Shown here piece after piece: positions 39,084-47,949 of a stretch of 64,000 nt of DNA (position 1 is its first letter; every line of letters starts with the position of its first letter). The DNA is from Staphylococcus epidermidis (GTDB taxonomy: Bacteria > Bacillota_I > Bacilli_A > RFN20 > CAG-826). The position numbers and the translations under genes were made by a program. The notes beneath the pieces were generated by a model. That model was not told the DNA's origin, did not search any database, and saw nothing but the letters and a program-made list of their open reading frames with translations. The stretch covers positions 21,656 to 85,655 of the forward strand of contig CAMBSI010000001.1 in assembly GCA_945870555.1 (NCBI GenBank), given 5' to 3'.

Positions 39084-39559
39084 AAAAATCAGTGATAACG
39101 TTCATAAAATCTCCATATGCCAAGGTATTTTTTGGTTTTTTATTGCTAGACTTTATCACTAAAATTTTGGCGGCATCGAATGCAATTCAAGTGACGGTGA
39201 TTGATCAATTTTTTTATCTATCATACTCTAGAAATACGGGTGCAGCTTGGTCGATTCTTGAAGGTTATCAATGGATACTTGCCTTGGTTTCTTTTGGTGT
39301 AGGAAGTTTATTTTTTTATTATTATCTTCATCAGTACGCGCAACATGGATTGTACCAACATCTCGGCATGAGTTTGTTTTTGTCTGGCACATGGGGTAAT
39401 TTCATTGATCGCGCTTTTTATCCTGAAGGGGTCATTGATTTTCTCTCATTTCATTTTGGGGATTACATCTTTCCAACCTTTAATATTGCGGATAGTGCCT
39501 TAACCATTGGCGTCATCATCTTGATTACGACCAGTGTGTTAGAAAGAAAAAAAGTATGA
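39080..39559 (+). CDS. lspA: Lipoprotein signal peptidase II
   Basis: NTGAAWS, GNFIDR, VIDF, FNIADS. Confidence 0.95.
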   Translation: MKKSVITFIKSPYAKVFFGFLLLDFITKILAASNAIQVTVIDQFFYLSYSRNTGAAWSILEGYQWILALVSFGVGSLFFYYYLHQYAQHGLYQHLGMSLFLSGTWGNFIDRAFYPEGVIDFLSFHFGDYIFPTFNIADSALTIGVIILITTSVLERKKV

Positions 39560-40461
39560 AACCATCCATTACCATTTTGGAAGCTGACAAAAACCAAAGA
39601 ATTGATCAATGGTTGGCGAAACAAGATACCACCCATTCTCGGGCAAGATGGCAACAACTTCTTGATCAAGGAAAAGTACTCGTCGACGGTAAAATTGTCA
39701 AACCAAGCTACCGACTCAATCGCGGTGATGAGCTATCTTTTTTACCGATTCCTCTAACCACCACCACATTGATACCCGAAGATTTACCTTTATCAATTGT
39801 TTATGAAGATGATGCGATTGCGATTGTCGATAAACCTCAAGGCATGGTGGTTCATCCTGCTCCTGGTCACCCATCTGGTACTTTGGTTCATGCTTTACTG
39901 CATCATTTAAAAGATTTAAGTGGGATTAATGGAGAAAAAAGACCAGGTATTGTTCATCGCCTGGATAAAGATACTTCCGGTTTACTCGTCATCGCCAAGC
40001 ATGATCAAGCTCACCAACTCCTTGCTGAACAACTCAAAGACCATTCCATGAAACGTGATTATTATGCATTGGTTCGGGGCGTCATCAAAGAACCCAAAGG
40101 AAGAATCATTGCCCCGATTGGTCGCGACCCAGATGATCGGATTGCCATGGATGTGGTTGAAAGTGGCAAACCCGCAGAAACCAGTTTTGATGTGATGGAA
40201 CGATTTGCACAACATACCTTGATTCGTTGTCATTTAGCCACGGGAAGAACGCATCAAATTCGCGTTCACTTAAATTTTATCCATCATCCCATCGAAAGCG
40301 ATCCGGTTTATTTACCGCAAAAACATCCACTTCACCCATTTGGTCAAATGCTTCATGCTTTTCAATTAACGTTGGTTCATCCCATGACCAAAAAAACGAT
40401 GACCTTTCAATCACCCTTGCCAACGTATTTTGATGCAATCCTAAAAAAATTAAGAACCTAA
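39556..40461 (+). CDS. RluA/RluD family pseudouridine synthase
   Basis: S4 domain, KPQGMVVHP, HRLDKDTSG, TGRTHQIRVH. Confidence 0.95.
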   Translation: MKPSITILEADKNQRIDQWLAKQDTTHSRARWQQLLDQGKVLVDGKIVKPSYRLNRGDELSFLPIPLTTTTLIPEDLPLSIVYEDDAIAIVDKPQGMVVHPAPGHPSGTLVHALLHHLKDLSGINGEKRPGIVHRLDKDTSGLLVIAKHDQAHQLLAEQLKDHSMKRDYYALVRGVIKEPKGRIIAPIGRDPDDRIAMDVVESGKPAETSFDVMERFAQHTLIRCHLATGRTHQIRVHLNFIHHPIESDPVYLPQKHPLHPFGQMLHAFQLTLVHPMTKKTMTFQSPLPTYFDAILKKLRT

Positions 40462-41346
40462 ACGATCGGTTATCTTTTTTAAGGTTTTAAAGTTTGTCTT
40501 ACAAATACTTTTTAACGTTTCGATGCCATGATGTTGGGCGAATTCATATGCAAATTGTTCAACTTTATCGGAGGCCCCAAAAGGAATTTTAACGGTAAAG
40601 ACGCGACCCATATCATTCATCGCTCTAATAAACTTTGCTCTGGCAAGGATGCTGCTGGCTGCAACTGCAAGGAATTGCGTTTCTGCTTTTTCTTTCAAGA
40701 CAAGATTGGGAATTGGTTTTTGTCCAACAAGATAACTATGAAATTTTGCTTCACTTGCAAACTGATCAATGATCATCGGCGCATCAATATTCACTTTTTC
40801 TTTAAGGGTCAACAAGGCATGATGGTGTAGTTTTGCTTTAATTTCATTTAAATTTAAACCTTTTGCTACCATCGATTGGTATTTTAAAGGGTTCACAATC
40901 GTTGTCACGTGGGCAATTCGCCCAGTCATTTGGTCAGCCATCTTTAAGATGGTTGCATCGGGAATTAATTTCGAATCCGTGACACCAAGTTCGGTTAAAA
41001 ACGCCACATCTTTTTCTTGAACTAAACTTGCAGTCACCACCACTGGACCAAAGAAATCACCAGTACCGACTTCATCACTACCGTAATGAGCAAGCGCGGG
41101 TTTTGAATCCGGTTCATTTTTCAACCATAAGGCAACATCTTCATCAAAGTTAAAACCTTGATACATGACCTTGCATTTATTCACTTTTGCACTGTAAATA
41201 GAGACGGTAAAATGTTCGAGTTTAGCAAAAAATACAATTGATGGATGCGGAGATTTTTCTTCGTGGTCAAGATAAAAATCTTTGATTTTTGTTAATAAGG
41301 CCTCGGGTACCATTAGGGTTTTGGTACTAGGGGATAGTTTTTTCAC
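40450..41346 (-). CDS. rnhC: Ribonuclease HIII
   Basis: GSDEVGTGDFFGP, GVTDSK, IDQF, VAASSILAR. GTG 41346 is the likely start because ATG 41355 lies inside the -10 box. Confidence 0.92.
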   Translation of the reverse strand: MKKLSPSTKTLMVPEALLTKIKDFYLDHEEKSPHPSIVFFAKLEHFTVSIYSAKVNKCKVMYQGFNFDEDVALWLKNEPDSKPALAHYGSDEVGTGDFFGPVVVTASLVQEKDVAFLTELGVTDSKLIPDATILKMADQMTGRIAHVTTIVNPLKYQSMVAKGLNLNEIKAKLHHHALLTLKEKVNIDAPMIIDQFASEAKFHSYLVGQKPIPNLVLKEKAETQFLAVAASSILARAKFIRAMNDMGRVFTVKIPFGASDKVEQFAYEFAQHHGIETLKSICKTNFKTLKKITDRLGS

Positions 41347-41407
41347 TAAGGTCATTATATCATTTTTAACTAAGTCATTCTTTAATCAGTGATATAGTTA
41401 AATTGTC

Positions 41408-43708
41408 ATGAAAACGTTAGTGAATATCCTTGAAATTCCTCTTATTCTTGATCGTATCAAATCCGATACAAAAACGGTTCTTGGTCAACGATGGATTTTG
41501 CGTCATGATTTCATTTTTGAACAAGATCTACCAACCAAGTTAACGGAAGTCGACGAAATGATGCGTTTAATCGTCAGGTATTCTCCACTTCCAATCGGTC
41601 AAAGTCATGACCTCGATCCCATGTTAAGTTTGATTGAAAAAGGAAGTGTCATCACCTTAGAAGGATTATTGTCCGTTCAGTTAGATTTAGATACCACGGA
41701 AAAGATTCATCAATTTGTCCAAACTTTAAAACCAGAATTTCCAACCTTAGCACAACTTTGGAAAAGTTTAATCTTGTTAAAGCCACTTCAAAGGCATTTG
41801 GCTTTAATCTTAACCCCGCAAGGAACAATTCGAGATGATGCCTCAAGCGACTTGCAAAGGATTCGAAAGCGACTTCATCAACTTGATGGGCAAATGCTCA
41901 CTTTGATTCAATCGCTTGTTTCAAAGTATCAATCTCATTTAACTGAACCGCTTTTCACCATTAAAAACGGTCGGTATGTTTTGCCGGTTGCATCCTCGAA
42001 CAAGGGTGCAGTACCTGGCATGATTCATGATGTGTCGAGTACAGGTTTAACGACCTTTATTGAACCCAAAGGTTTGATCGATCTATCCTTGGAAAAGCAA
42101 TTACTCCAGGGTGAAGAACAAGAAGAAATTTTTAACATTTTAAAAAGCTGTACGGACATCATCCTTAAAGATACTGCTCAGCTTCGTGCAAACAACATGA
42201 AAATTGCCACATTAGATGTGATTCAAGCAAAAGCAAATTTTGGCATTAAACATCAAGGGTATGTGAGTAAAATCTCCACGATTCCACTCATTGAGTTAAC
42301 GGGTGCACGCCACCCATTAATTGATGCAAAGCAAGTGATTGCAAATGATTTTCTATTAACGGAAAAACAATCGATTGTCATTATTTCTGGTCCGAACGCA
42401 GGTGGGAAAACGGTGGCAATGAAAACCGTTGGTCTATTTGTTTATCTCAATCAATTGGCGATTCCTTTACCGACGAAACAACCGGCTCAATTATCATATT
42501 TCAAGCACATTTATGCGGATATTGGTGATCAACAAAGTGTCCTCGAAAACTTATCTACCTTCGCAGGCCATATTCAACAGTTGGTTCCACTTACCGATCA
42601 AGTCAAACCCAATGATTTGGTTTTAATTGATGAATTAGGAACCGGAACGGACCCTAAAGAAGGAGAATCTCTTGCAAGATCTTTGCTTATTCACTTGCAA
42701 GCAAAACGGGCGTTTGTGATTGTGTCGAGTCACTTTCCTGGTTTAAAGACCCTTGCCCTTTCTGAATCAAAAATGGTGAATGCCTCTTTACAATTTGATG
42801 AAGATAAACTCATCCCCACCTATCGATTTGTTCTTGGTGTGCCGGGAAAAAGTTATGGCTTAATCATGGCAAAAAGATATGGTTTAGCACCCCAAGTTGT
42901 CGCGCATGCTGAAAAATATCTTGCCGCGCAACAAGCGACCGTTGAACAACAAACATTTTTAAAACTTCAAGAAGAACTTCAAGATGTCGAAAAGTTAAAA
43001 GCGAAACTTGGTTTAGAACAACAAGCACTTCTCCAACAACAACAACAGCTCTCTATGCTTCAAAAAAATCTCGATAAACGGTTACAAAAATTTGATGAAG
43101 AGACACAATCGAAGCAACAACAACTGCTTGAAGAAACCCTGACGCAAGTTGAAACAACGATCAAAACGTTAGCCAATCCACAACTAAAACTTCATGAAGC
43201 CATTGCATTAAAAAAGACCTTAGAAAATCATTTATCAACCCAAACTGATAACACGTCTTCAGATGCCACGATTCAGCTTGACGACTATGTGATTGAAAAT
43301 TCAACAGGGATGATCGGGCGCGTTCGCCAAATCAATAAGCAACACATCACGATGGTGACGAGAGATGGGCTAACCGTCAAAGTTAAATTAAACCAAGTTA
43401 ACCGGACGGAACCACCCGCCCAAAGTGGAAAAAGTCCATCATTACGACTGGTTCAAGGTGTAAAAGCAAGTTCAAGCTTGACGATTATTGGCATGCGTTA
43501 TGAAGAAGCAAAACAAGCGATCGAAAAGTACCATGACCAAGCGTTACTTTCATCTTTAAAAACGATTAAAATCATCCATGGATTTGGATCAGGAACGTTA
43601 CGAAAACTCGTCTTTGATTTTTTTAAAGGGTTAGCGACTGTAAAATCGATCCAACAAGGAGAGGGTGAACAAGCCGGATATGGTGTCACCGTGGTCCACT
43701 TAAAATGA
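41408..43708 (+). CDS. mutS2: Endonuclease MutS2
   Basis: ARHPLI, SGPNAGGKT, DIGDQQS...LSTF, DELGTGTDP.EG, C-terminal Smr IIHGFGSG.LR. Confidence 0.96.
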   Translation: MKTLVNILEIPLILDRIKSDTKTVLGQRWILRHDFIFEQDLPTKLTEVDEMMRLIVRYSPLPIGQSHDLDPMLSLIEKGSVITLEGLLSVQLDLDTTEKIHQFVQTLKPEFPTLAQLWKSLILLKPLQRHLALILTPQGTIRDDASSDLQRIRKRLHQLDGQMLTLIQSLVSKYQSHLTEPLFTIKNGRYVLPVASSNKGAVPGMIHDVSSTGLTTFIEPKGLIDLSLEKQLLQGEEQEEIFNILKSCTDIILKDTAQLRANNMKIATLDVIQAKANFGIKHQGYVSKISTIPLIELTGARHPLIDAKQVIANDFLLTEKQSIVIISGPNAGGKTVAMKTVGLFVYLNQLAIPLPTKQPAQLSYFKHIYADIGDQQSVLENLSTFAGHIQQLVPLTDQVKPNDLVLIDELGTGTDPKEGESLARSLLIHLQAKRAFVIVSSHFPGLKTLALSESKMVNASLQFDEDKLIPTYRFVLGVPGKSYGLIMAKRYGLAPQVVAHAEKYLAAQQATVEQQTFLKLQEELQDVEKLKAKLGLEQQALLQQQQQLSMLQKNLDKRLQKFDEETQSKQQQLLEETLTQVETTIKTLANPQLKLHEAIALKKTLENHLSTQTDNTSSDATIQLDDYVIENSTGMIGRVRQINKQHITMVTRDGLTVKVKLNQVNRTEPPAQSGKSPSLRLVQGVKASSSLTIIGMRYEEAKQAIEKYHDQALLSSLKTIKIIHGFGSGTLRKLVFDFFKGLATVKSIQQGEGEQAGYGVTVVHLK

Positions 43709-45468
43709 ATCATCTACTTGAAGCAAAATTAAAAAATCTTCCGGATAAACCAGGCGTTTATTTGATGAAGAATGTTTCTGGGCAAATTATTTATGTGGGA
43801 AAAGCCAAAGACCTTTCTAAGCGGGTGACGCAATACTTCACCCGACCCCAAACAGGAAAAGTCCAAGCCATGGTCATGCATATTGAAACCTTTGAAACCA
43901 TCATTACCCAATCAGAAAAAGAAGCGCTTATCTTAGAAATGAATCTGATTCATGAACATTATCCACGCTATAACATCATGCTTAAAGAAGGTTCACATTA
44001 TCCTTACATCGCCTTGAGAAAAGGCAGTGATCCTTATTTGCGAATCATGCGACAAAACCAAGATAAGAAATATCATTATTTTGGTCCGTATCCAAATTCA
44101 AGATCTGCTTATCGCATCATGAATCTTTTGAACAAAATATTCCCCTTACGAAAATGCAACGTCTTACCCAAAGTAGCATGTCTTTATCATCATATTGGCC
44201 AATGTTTAGCCCCGTGCATTCAAACGATTCCCCAAGATGTTTACGATGATCTTGTCAATCAAATTAGTAGTTTTCTCAAAGGGGATGTCAAAGTTCAAGT
44301 TGCTGCCTATCAAGAAAAAATGCTGGCAGCCTCAGAAGCATTAAATTTTGAACTTGCCCAAGAATACAAAGTGATTCTTGAGGATATTCAAAACGTTACC
44401 TCGCAACAACTTGTGGAAATGGAAGATAAAATCGACCGGGATATTTTCGCCTTTGCGGAACGTGAGGGTTATCTATCATTAGCTGTCTTTGTCTTTCGCC
44501 AAGGAATTTTACTAGGTAAGGGTAGTTATGTGGTTGAAGCTTTCGATGACCGTGATGAACAACTCTTGAATTTAATCGCTCAATATTATCGGTCAAAGCC
44601 GATTCCACAAGAAATGGTATTGAATCACCGACAATTAATTGAAAAATTGAAAGAAACGATGGATATCCGCCTTGTCTTTGCAGAAAAAGGCCGTTTATTT
44701 GAAATGATGAAAAGCGTCCAAGAAAATGCGATTCAAACCTTAGATGATCATTTTTTAACCGCCCGGTTGGATGACAACAAAATTGCGCTGCTTGAAACCT
44801 TGGGTAAAAACTTAAATATATCGACCCCGTTTCATATCGAGATGTTTGATAATTCTCATTTACAAGGTAGCGAACCAGTCGGCGCGATGGTGACATTTAT
44901 CAATGGTGAGCCGGTCAAGAAAATGTATCGCCAATTCCATTTACCTGAGGCATTTAAACAAGATGATCCAGGTGCGATGGGTTATTTGGTCACAAGAAGA
45001 TACCAACGTTTAATTCAAGAAAAATCCCCGATACCTAATTTGATTATCGTCGATGGTGGTTTAACCCAATTAAATGCAGGAATCAAAGCCCTTGAAGCGT
45101 TGGAGTTAAAAGTCCCCATCGTCGGTCTATTTAAGAATGAACGCCACCAGACCAAAGGATTATTAACCAGGGATGGTGAAGTCATGGATTTCACCAAACT
45201 ACCTTCTTTATTTTTCTTTTTGATTCGCATGCAAGATGAAGTCCATCGATTTGCGCTCCAATTCCACCAAAAACTTCGAAGTAAAAATCAAACCCGATCG
45301 ATTTTTGATGGCATACCTGGTCTTGGGCCTACTCGGATTGCCTTGTTGCAAAAACGATACCCAAGTTTAGATGGTTTAAAGCAAGCATCACTAGAAGAAT
45401 TGAGTCAATTACTTCCTCAATCGGTTGCTATCCTGCTTAGGGAAAAACTCTTAAAAATGGCGACTTAG
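43705..45468 (+). CDS. uvrC: Excinuclease ABC subunit C
   Basis: GIY-YIG PGVYLM...IYVGKAK, FGPYP, FDNSH, IIVDGG, DEVHRFA. Confidence 0.97.
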   Translation: MNHLLEAKLKNLPDKPGVYLMKNVSGQIIYVGKAKDLSKRVTQYFTRPQTGKVQAMVMHIETFETIITQSEKEALILEMNLIHEHYPRYNIMLKEGSHYPYIALRKGSDPYLRIMRQNQDKKYHYFGPYPNSRSAYRIMNLLNKIFPLRKCNVLPKVACLYHHIGQCLAPCIQTIPQDVYDDLVNQISSFLKGDVKVQVAAYQEKMLAASEALNFELAQEYKVILEDIQNVTSQQLVEMEDKIDRDIFAFAEREGYLSLAVFVFRQGILLGKGSYVVEAFDDRDEQLLNLIAQYYRSKPIPQEMVLNHRQLIEKLKETMDIRLVFAEKGRLFEMMKSVQENAIQTLDDHFLTARLDDNKIALLETLGKNLNISTPFHIEMFDNSHLQGSEPVGAMVTFINGEPVKKMYRQFHLPEAFKQDDPGAMGYLVTRRYQRLIQEKSPIPNLIIVDGGLTQLNAGIKALEALELKVPIVGLFKNERHQTKGLLTRDGEVMDFTKLPSLFFFLIRMQDEVHRFALQFHQKLRSKNQTRSIFDGIPGLGPTRIALLQKRYPSLDGLKQASLEELSQLLPQSVAILLREKLLKMAT

Positions 45469-45498
45469 CAATCCTGATTATGCTATATTAATAATGCT

Positions 45499-45575
45499 GT
45501 CCCCATAGCTCAGTTGGATAGAGCAACAGCCTTCTAAGCTGTAGGTCAAACGTTCGAATCGTTTTGGGGACGCCA
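45499..45575 (+). tRNA. tRNA-Arg (anticodon TCT)
   Basis: Acceptor stem GTCCCCA/TGGGGAC, D arm AGCTCAGTTGGATAGAGC, anticodon arm ACAGC-CTTCTAA-GCTGT, GTTCGAATC T loop, encoded CCA. Confidence 0.97.
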
Positions 45576-45617
45576 ATGAAAGGACCTTCTAAAAAAAGAT
45601 CTTTTCATTGGTAAAAA

Positions 45618-46502
45618 ATGAACGAAGTAAGTTTACAAACGCTCTATGAGCAACAAGATTACCACACCTTGGTGAAGCGAACGGCCTCACTGAGCGATTT
45701 AAATATGATTCGATATCATGTGATTGGTTTGTTAGGTATTGGCGCAAATCAAATGGTGCTTCGAATCATGCTCGCAAAATTTAAATTGATTCAAAAAGCA
45801 TTAACCATCTTTTTAAAAATTCATGAAGAAATCCTCAAGGAACATCGCCAATTTCCTGAACACGGTTTGTTAATCGAAGCCTATGAAAACTTACCTTACC
45901 TGAATCAAGAAGTTGAAGAGTTGGTCAGCAAGATTCGCATACGTTACCAAAAACCTGCTCATATTGAGGTTAAGGATACGTTAGGATTATTTCTTGAAGC
46001 GATTGAAAAAGAAAATCATGATCTATTAATGGATTTGATTCCACAGTTAAAACCCATCCATCTTTATGCAGCAAAATCACAAATTAAAAGCTTGCTGATC
46101 AAACCTTTCCCTCAACGGATGAAAGGCATGCTCGTCTTGGCGTTCATTGATGCGAAGTATGATGAGGTGATTAGTATCACAAAAGGTGAAAAAACCTTAA
46201 GTTTTAATCCAATCGATACCGTGAATCCATTTGTAGATGGAAGTTTTGAAACGTATCAAAAACAAATTCATGCGCTCGTTAAGGATCCTTCGGTTAGGCA
46301 AATCGCCTACTCCATCCTAACCACCTACATGCTGACCATGATTCCGTTTGAAATTGATCCAGAATATTACTTTTTTAAGGCTGTCATTAGTATGGCGTAT
46401 GGTTACTTAAAAATGACCCCTCCATCCGGTGATGAGGACGATAGCGAACAGGAATTGATTTCCAAAAAGAAGCAACACCTTGAAACCATTTTAAAAATGT
46501 AA
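45618..46502 (+). CDS. Hypothetical alpha-helical protein
   Basis: 294-aa ORF filling the gap between tRNA-Arg and tig; no motif recognised. Confidence 0.75.
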   Translation: MNEVSLQTLYEQQDYHTLVKRTASLSDLNMIRYHVIGLLGIGANQMVLRIMLAKFKLIQKALTIFLKIHEEILKEHRQFPEHGLLIEAYENLPYLNQEVEELVSKIRIRYQKPAHIEVKDTLGLFLEAIEKENHDLLMDLIPQLKPIHLYAAKSQIKSLLIKPFPQRMKGMLVLAFIDAKYDEVISITKGEKTLSFNPIDTVNPFVDGSFETYQKQIHALVKDPSVRQIAYSILTTYMLTMIPFEIDPEYYFFKAVISMAYGYLKMTPPSGDEDDSEQELISKKKQHLETILKM

Positions 46503-46562
46503 AGGTTGCCTAGACCTAGGGTGATTATTGTATAATTGAAAAGTTAAAAGAAAGAGGAACTT

Positions 46563-47837
46563 ATGCAACATCAAGTCAAGACATTGGAAAATTCGCGCGT
46601 TGAAATCACCATGACCTTTACCACCGAAGAGTGGAAAGTTGCGCAAAACCAAGCATTTAAAAAACTAGCTGCGGATGTTAAAATCGATGGATTTCGTCCA
46701 GGAAAAGCACCGGAAGCGATGATTCGCTCGCGTCTTGCTCCAGGAAAAATATATGATGCTGCAATCAATGCGGTCTTACCAAAAGCATATAGTGATGTTT
46801 TAAAAGCTGATAAATTGACCCCATTAAGTCGACCAAATGTCGACGTGGTTAAAGTTTCTGATACCGAACTTGTCTTAAAGGCAGTCGTTATCCTCGTTCC
46901 GGAAGTGAAAATCAAGAAGTATAAAGATTTAGGTATTAAGCGCGAAGTAATCAAAGTTACAGCCCAAGATGTTGAAGCTGAATTAAAGTCGACTTTAGCT
47001 CAACAAGCCACCCTCATGCTCAAGGAAGGTCCTGCCGCGATGGGAGATTCCGTCGTTTTTGATTTTGAAGGTTTTGTGAATAAGGTTGCCTTTGAAGGTG
47101 GTAAAGCTGAAAACTACACCTTAGAGTTAGGCAGCAATCAATTTATTCCTGGTTTTGAATCACAAATGGTTGGTTTAAAAGCGGGTGATCAAAAAGATCT
47201 GAACATCAAGTTTCCCGAAAACTATGCCCCTGAATTAGCCTCAAAAGATGCCGTATTTAAAATTAAAGTCCATGAAGTAAAAAGTAAACAATTGCCAGAA
47301 CTGAATGAGGCATTATTCAACGACATGAAGTTACCAAATGTTAAGAACGAAGCGCAATTTAAAGATTATTTAAAGCAAAAAGTGACGGTAGCAAAAACTA
47401 AAGCTGGTGATGATAAATTCTATTCAGACATTCTCATCAAGATAACCAAAGAAGCAGAGATTGATCTTCCGCATGAAGCCATTCATGAACAAATGGATGC
47501 CATGAAAGCAGACCTAGAAGAAAAGTTAAAGCAACGTAACCAAACGATGGATCAATATCTCAAAGCCAACAAATTAACCGAAGCAACCCTGCATGATCGA
47601 CTCCATGAACAAGCGGAAGAAATTCTTCGCGCAAGTTTGGTCGCAAATAAAATTGCGGATTTAGAAAAAATTGAAGTGACGGATGAATTGGTTGACTTTG
47701 AAATTGCTAAAGTTGCAGAGCAATATAAGATGGAATTTGCAAAAGTTAAAGAAATCCTCACCCCAAACATCTCCCGATTCCGTGGTGAAATCCGCGATCG
47801 TTATATTAAGGAATTCTTAATTAAACATAATTCCTAG
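46563..47837 (+). CDS. tig: Trigger factor
   Basis: GFRPGKAP ribosome-binding motif; FKBP domain FEGG.AENY.LELGS..FIPGFE. Confidence 0.97.
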   Translation: MQHQVKTLENSRVEITMTFTTEEWKVAQNQAFKKLAADVKIDGFRPGKAPEAMIRSRLAPGKIYDAAINAVLPKAYSDVLKADKLTPLSRPNVDVVKVSDTELVLKAVVILVPEVKIKKYKDLGIKREVIKVTAQDVEAELKSTLAQQATLMLKEGPAAMGDSVVFDFEGFVNKVAFEGGKAENYTLELGSNQFIPGFESQMVGLKAGDQKDLNIKFPENYAPELASKDAVFKIKVHEVKSKQLPELNEALFNDMKLPNVKNEAQFKDYLKQKVTVAKTKAGDDKFYSDILIKITKEAEIDLPHEAIHEQMDAMKADLEEKLKQRNQTMDQYLKANKLTEATLHDRLHEQAEEILRASLVANKIADLEKIEVTDELVDFEIAKVAEQYKMEFAKVKEILTPNISRFRGEIRDRYIKEFLIKHNS

Positions 47838-47863
47838 TTGATTCCTGCGCCGCTTTTCATCAT

Positions 47864-47936
47864 TTAGCACTTCATACTTGCAAGTGCTAAATTCCTTGCT
47901 ATAATGTTTTTAGCACTCAAAGTCATTGTTTGCTAA
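47864..47936 (+). promoter_or_regulatory. Two CIRCE (HrcA) operators around the lon promoter
   Basis: TTAGCACTT-N9-AAGTGCTAA (47864-47890) and TTAGCACTC-N9-GTTTGCTAA (47910-47936); TTGCAA at 47878 and TGCTATAAT -10 at 47900. Confidence 0.9.
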
Positions 47937-47949
47937 ATGGAGGGTCTTT

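Noticed and set aside
45499..45620. tRNA-Arg as a possible integration site
   Set aside because: No integrase, no duplicated tRNA 3' end noticed, and the flanks are housekeeping genes.
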